A stretch of 64,000 nt of DNA from an uncultured Gammaproteobacteria bacterium. Lineage in GTDB: Bacteria; Patescibacteriota; Patescibacteriia; Magasanikbacterales; UBA922. Positions 60,945-64,000 of this stretch are shown here, in pieces (positions within the stretch are counted from its first letter, which is position 1; every line of letters starts with the position of its first letter). The position numbers and the translations under genes were made by a program. The DNA lies in NCBI GenBank assembly GCA_964418775.1, contig CAYQNA010000002.1, positions 22,181 through 86,180 on the forward strand, given 5' to 3'. Below the pieces are notes generated by a model. The model was not told the origin of the DNA and ran no database searches. It saw nothing but the letters and a program-made list of their open reading frames with translations.

Positions 60945-61172
60945 TAGTCAAGCCAAGGCAGTGGATAAATCATTTTTTTGGCTAATTTGAGCCATTTACC
61001 AGACTACTCCAGAGAAACCTTCTCTAGACTAGTCTGGCGGGGCCGGGGCACGATGAATTGAATCATCGCACCCCGCCCCCAACCCTCCCCACCCACCCGC
61101 CGAAGCGGATGGGCGCCCGTCCCTCCGCTGAGCGTTGCGCGACCCTAGGGGATCACCGCTCAGTGGGAGACA

Positions 61173-62468
61173 TCACGACGGCGGGCAGCCGTTCGGCTTC
61201 GCGCCCGGCGTGCCGTTGCACGCGTCGCACGCGTCACCGACGCCGTCGCCGTCGAAGTCGGCCTGCCCGACGTTCGGCGCCGCGGGGCAGTTGTCGCACG
61301 CGTTGCCGAAGCCGTCCTTGTCGCCGTCCGTCTGGTTGACGTTGGCGAGCCCCGGACAGTTGTCGAGCGCGTCCGGCACCTTGTCATCGTCGCCGTCGAG
61401 GGCGCAGATGCCCGGGGTCGGCGTGCTGCCGGTGACGTCCTGGAGGCAGAGCTCCGGCGGGCCGTCCTCGGTGCCGCACGACTTGCCCGTGTCGGTGCCG
61501 CACATCGGCTCGAGACCGCACTCCGTGCTCGCCGCGTCCGGCGTGCACGGCTCGCACGCCCCGTCGAGGCAGTACTCGCCCACGCCGCACTGCACGCCCA
61601 TCGGCGCCGCCCAGTGCTTGCACGACGTGCCGCTGCAGCCGTCGAGCGTGCAGAGGTTGCCGTCGTCGCAGGACTTCGCGGTGCCGACGCAAGCCCCGTT
61701 CGCGCACTTGTCCGAATCCGAGCAGAACTGCCCGTCGTCACACGCCACGCCGTCGGCCTTCTTCGGGTTCGTGCAGTCGCCCGTCGTGGGCTCGCACGTA
61801 CCCGGGAGGTGGCACTGGTCGAGGGCGGTGCAGGACTTGTCGGTGCCGGGGTCGCACTCACCCGCGGTGCACACGTCCCCGACCGTGCACTTGTCACCGT
61901 CGTCGCACGACGTGCCGTCGGCCGCGACCGGGTTCGAGCAGAGCCCGGTGGCCGGGTTGCACGTGCCCGCGACGTGGCAGTCGTCCTGCGCCGTGCACGT
62001 GACCGGGCTGGAACCCGAGCACATGCCCGCCTGGCAGGTGTCGACCGTCGTGCACATGCTGCCGTCGCTGCACGACGTGCCGTCACTGACCGGCGTGTGC
62101 CCGCACTTGTAGTTCTGACACGAGTCCGTGGTGCAGGGGTTCTTGTCGTCGCAGCCCCCCGCGTTCACGCACTGGATCTCCTCGGCGCAGTTCGTCCCGT
62201 TCTTGTCCTTCACGTAGGAGCAGAACCCCTTGGTGTCCCCCTCCTTCTTGAAGCACATGTACTCGTCGACGAGCGCGCACGGGTCCTCGTCGTGCGGGTT
62301 CCCGGTGCAGTCGGAGGGCATCGTGCACTCCGTGAGGTCGGCCTTGAGGACCTGCACCTTGTCGGCCTCCTTGACGGAGACCGGCGACCCCGTGGACGCC
62401 TGAGACGCACAGCCGAACACCGTCGCGACCACGAAGAACTTCGCGGCCCACTTCATGAGATTACGCAT
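61173..62468 (-). CDS. High-GC cysteine-rich repeat lipoprotein with thrombospondin type 3 repeats
   Basis: Lipobox VFGC, CDDGxxCT and CHxAGTCNPATG repeats, DNCPGLANVNQTDGDKDGFGNACDNCP; GAGGT SD. Confidence 0.87.
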   Translation of the reverse strand: MRNLMKWAAKFFVVATVFGCASQASTGSPVSVKEADKVQVLKADLTECTMPSDCTGNPHDEDPCALVDEYMCFKKEGDTKGFCSYVKDKNGTNCAEEIQCVNAGGCDDKNPCTTDSCQNYKCGHTPVSDGTSCSDGSMCTTVDTCQAGMCSGSSPVTCTAQDDCHVAGTCNPATGLCSNPVAADGTSCDDGDKCTVGDVCTAGECDPGTDKSCTALDQCHLPGTCEPTTGDCTNPKKADGVACDDGQFCSDSDKCANGACVGTAKSCDDGNLCTLDGCSGTSCKHWAAPMGVQCGVGEYCLDGACEPCTPDAASTECGLEPMCGTDTGKSCGTEDGPPELCLQDVTGSTPTPGICALDGDDDKVPDALDNCPGLANVNQTDGDKDGFGNACDNCPAAPNVGQADFDGDGVGDACDACNGTPGAKPNGCPPS

Positions 62469-62633
62469 TTCTACCTCTAGCTATCTGTCTTGCGCAAGAT
62501 CACCCCACCCCTTTTGCTCATCTATGAGCGAGAACCCGAACGGGTTACAGCACAGGGTGGATGGCGACCCCTGCACGGCCGGATGATTAGTACGAATACT
62601 AAGCATTCGGCCATGGCTGAACCTGAACGCGGT

Positions 62634-62662
62634 TTATTACCACGTCTGTAATTTTTTGTCAA
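62634..62662 (-). promoter_or_regulatory. Probable promoter of high-GC cassette 4
   Basis: Minus strand TTGACA (62662-62657), 17 bp, TG-extended TAATAA. Confidence 0.6.
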
Positions 62663-62687
62663 GTGTTAGCAAACTCTTGCTAAATTA

Positions 62688-62713
62688 TTAAACACCCCGA
62701 GTAGGGTGTTTAA
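62688..62713 (-). terminator. Hairpin terminator after the hypothetical gene
   Basis: TTAAACACCC-CGAGTA-GGGTGTTTAA. Confidence 0.65.
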
Positions 62714-62727
62714 AGGGAATTATTGAG

Positions 62728-63816
62728 TTATTGGAGGTTGAGTCGATGGTTGATTTTGGGGTCTAAAAGTTGATGAACAGGCGTACTCGCCACCTCGGCG
62801 AGGCGGTGGCAGGCCTTGGCGAGGGTGGTGTGGAGGGCGTGGGCAGCGGCGGTGTTGGTTTGGCGGGTGGCGACAAGGGCGTCGTAGGCCCAGAGGCCGA
62901 GTGCGATTTGGTGGACGAGTTGGTCGAACTGGTCGTGTTTGGTGGAGGGCAGGCGTGCGGGATAATGTGGGTCGCCAAGGAGGAGTTGGCGCGCTTTTTC
63001 CGCACGGAGCGTGATAGTGCCTGAAACTTTTAATTCGGCGAGGCCATTCTTCCCTACCGTAACTGCTGCCGGAACTTTGCCGGGCAACATGACTTCGACC
63101 GTGCGGATATTTTCGTGTACTGATGTGTGCGTTGGTTTTATTGGCGCATGTGTTTCTTTGACTGCAACGGTGCCGGTGATTGTTGGCCAAGCGGCGCGGT
63201 GTGGAAATAAATGCCACACACCTAAACCATCGAGTACTGGGTCGCGCAGTGTGGTCGTGTTATCGGGAAAATGGATAACCACATGGTCAGCCATTGGTTC
63301 AACGCGACTAATGGCAGTTTGGTTATACAATTCTGGCGCACTTACATCGGGCTCAAGCACAATTTCGTGGCCAGCACGTTCATTTAATTCTGATACGAAT
63401 TGTTCAATCGCACTAGTTGGTTTATGCGCCAGAGCAATTGGCGCGGATGCAGTTGGTTTATACAAGACAGTTTTTTGGCGAAAGCCATCGACTGACAAAT
63501 GTCCGTCATCACGCAACCGTGTTTGGGCTTGCGGTGTGGTTTCGCCTAATAATTGTGCACGCAAATCAGTGGGAAAATATTGGGGATTTTCCATTAAGCT
63601 GCGATGCACGTCGCTCATGCGCTGGGCGCGCAATTCTGGATCTGTTTGCGTGTGTGCTTGCGCGAGCGCGTGCACAACATCAACCACAAACCGCTGCTCA
63701 AATGGCGCTGCGGAAATATTGTGGAGCGTTGACCACGCGGTCACTGCCTCGACTTTGTCGGCCGGGCTGGCGTGCGGCGCTTGCCACAATTCTAATAATT
63801 CGGCCAACAACGCCAT
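62728..63816 (-). CDS. Hypothetical protein (362 aa)
   Basis: Long ORF; start placed at ATG 63816, two bases after the upstream gene's stop; no motif recognised. Confidence 0.65.
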   Translation of the reverse strand: MALLAELLELWQAPHASPADKVEAVTAWSTLHNISAAPFEQRFVVDVVHALAQAHTQTDPELRAQRMSDVHRSLMENPQYFPTDLRAQLLGETTPQAQTRLRDDGHLSVDGFRQKTVLYKPTASAPIALAHKPTSAIEQFVSELNERAGHEIVLEPDVSAPELYNQTAISRVEPMADHVVIHFPDNTTTLRDPVLDGLGVWHLFPHRAAWPTITGTVAVKETHAPIKPTHTSVHENIRTVEVMLPGKVPAAVTVGKNGLAELKVSGTITLRAEKARQLLLGDPHYPARLPSTKHDQFDQLVHQIALGLWAYDALVATRQTNTAAAHALHTTLAKACHRLAEVASTPVHQLLDPKINHRLNLQ

Positions 63817-63818
63817 AC

Positions 63819-64000
63819 TTAGCGGTTGCGCACAACAATCACACTCATAATTAGCGCACCGACCACAAACCCAAGCGCCATATTTACGGGAATATTTGGA
63901 CGCACTGGCCATGGTGTGACTACTGGATTATCAACTACGCGGATCGTCATGTCGCCGCCAACATATTCAAAGCCTTTGATGGCAAGAGTCTGCGCAGCGG
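63819..64000 (-). CDS. 3' end of Wzz/CpsC-like chain-length determinant
   Basis: Manual translation ...IRVVDNPVVTPWPVRPNIPVNMALGFVVGALIMSVIVVRNR*: Pro-rich motif plus terminal TM. Confidence 0.7.
   Translation of the reverse strand, partial: AAQTLAIKGFEYVGGDMTIRVVDNPVVTPWPVRPNIPVNMALGFVVGALIMSVIVVRNR

Noticed and set aside
47914-62468. Diversity-generating retroelement targets
   Set aside because: No reverse transcriptase and no template/variable repeat pair with adenine-specific mismatches was seen.
57519-62480. Long alternative-frame and antisense ORFs (57613, 57747, 57836, 59687, 61135, 61160, 61614; also 47978-49669)
   Set aside because: Expected shadows of high-GC3 coding sequence; Arg/Ala/Ser-rich with no motifs or start signals.
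57240-62630. High-GC block as simple contamination or chimera
   Set aside because: High-GC genes alternate with native-style promoters and terminators at several places; not fully excluded without reads.
63817-63912. Apparent N-terminal Zn finger (CGRC..CDCC) of the 394-aa ORF
   Set aside because: It overlaps the real Wzz/CpsC-like gene in another frame; the true start is likely 63816.

Overview
Chromosomal window from a low/mid-GC bacterium. Its gene style (tightly packed or overlapping genes, near-consensus TTGACA-17-TATACT promoters, few Shine-Dalgarno sites, ECF sigma/DUF5667-type pair, giant S-layer-like protein) suggests Patescibacteria/CPR, probably ABY1-like; this is inference. In order: 5' part of an FtsI-like PBP; a small AT-rich islet (promoter-driven structured non-coding RNA converging on an orphan PemK/MazF toxin, plus a GNAT); a ~37 kb surface-glycan locus (GT2/GT4/GT-C, Ugd, three UDP-GlcA-decarboxylase-like domains, methyltransferases, flippase, ligase-TPR) lying downstream of an ECF sigma, anti-sigma and S-layer gene block; then a second small glycan block. 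The most striking feature is four stand-alone, much higher-GC genes (47914+, 57452-, 59705-, 61173-). They encode Myxococcota-like cysteine-rich or collagen-containing lipoproteins and a probable outer-membrane beta-barrel. Each sits behind a native-style AT-rich promoter and has long hairpin-rich 5' and 3' UTRs that are partly complementary to each other, closing the transcript into a panhandle. No rRNA, tRNA, CRISPR array, transposase or reverse transcriptase was recognised. GC statements are by eye, not computed.
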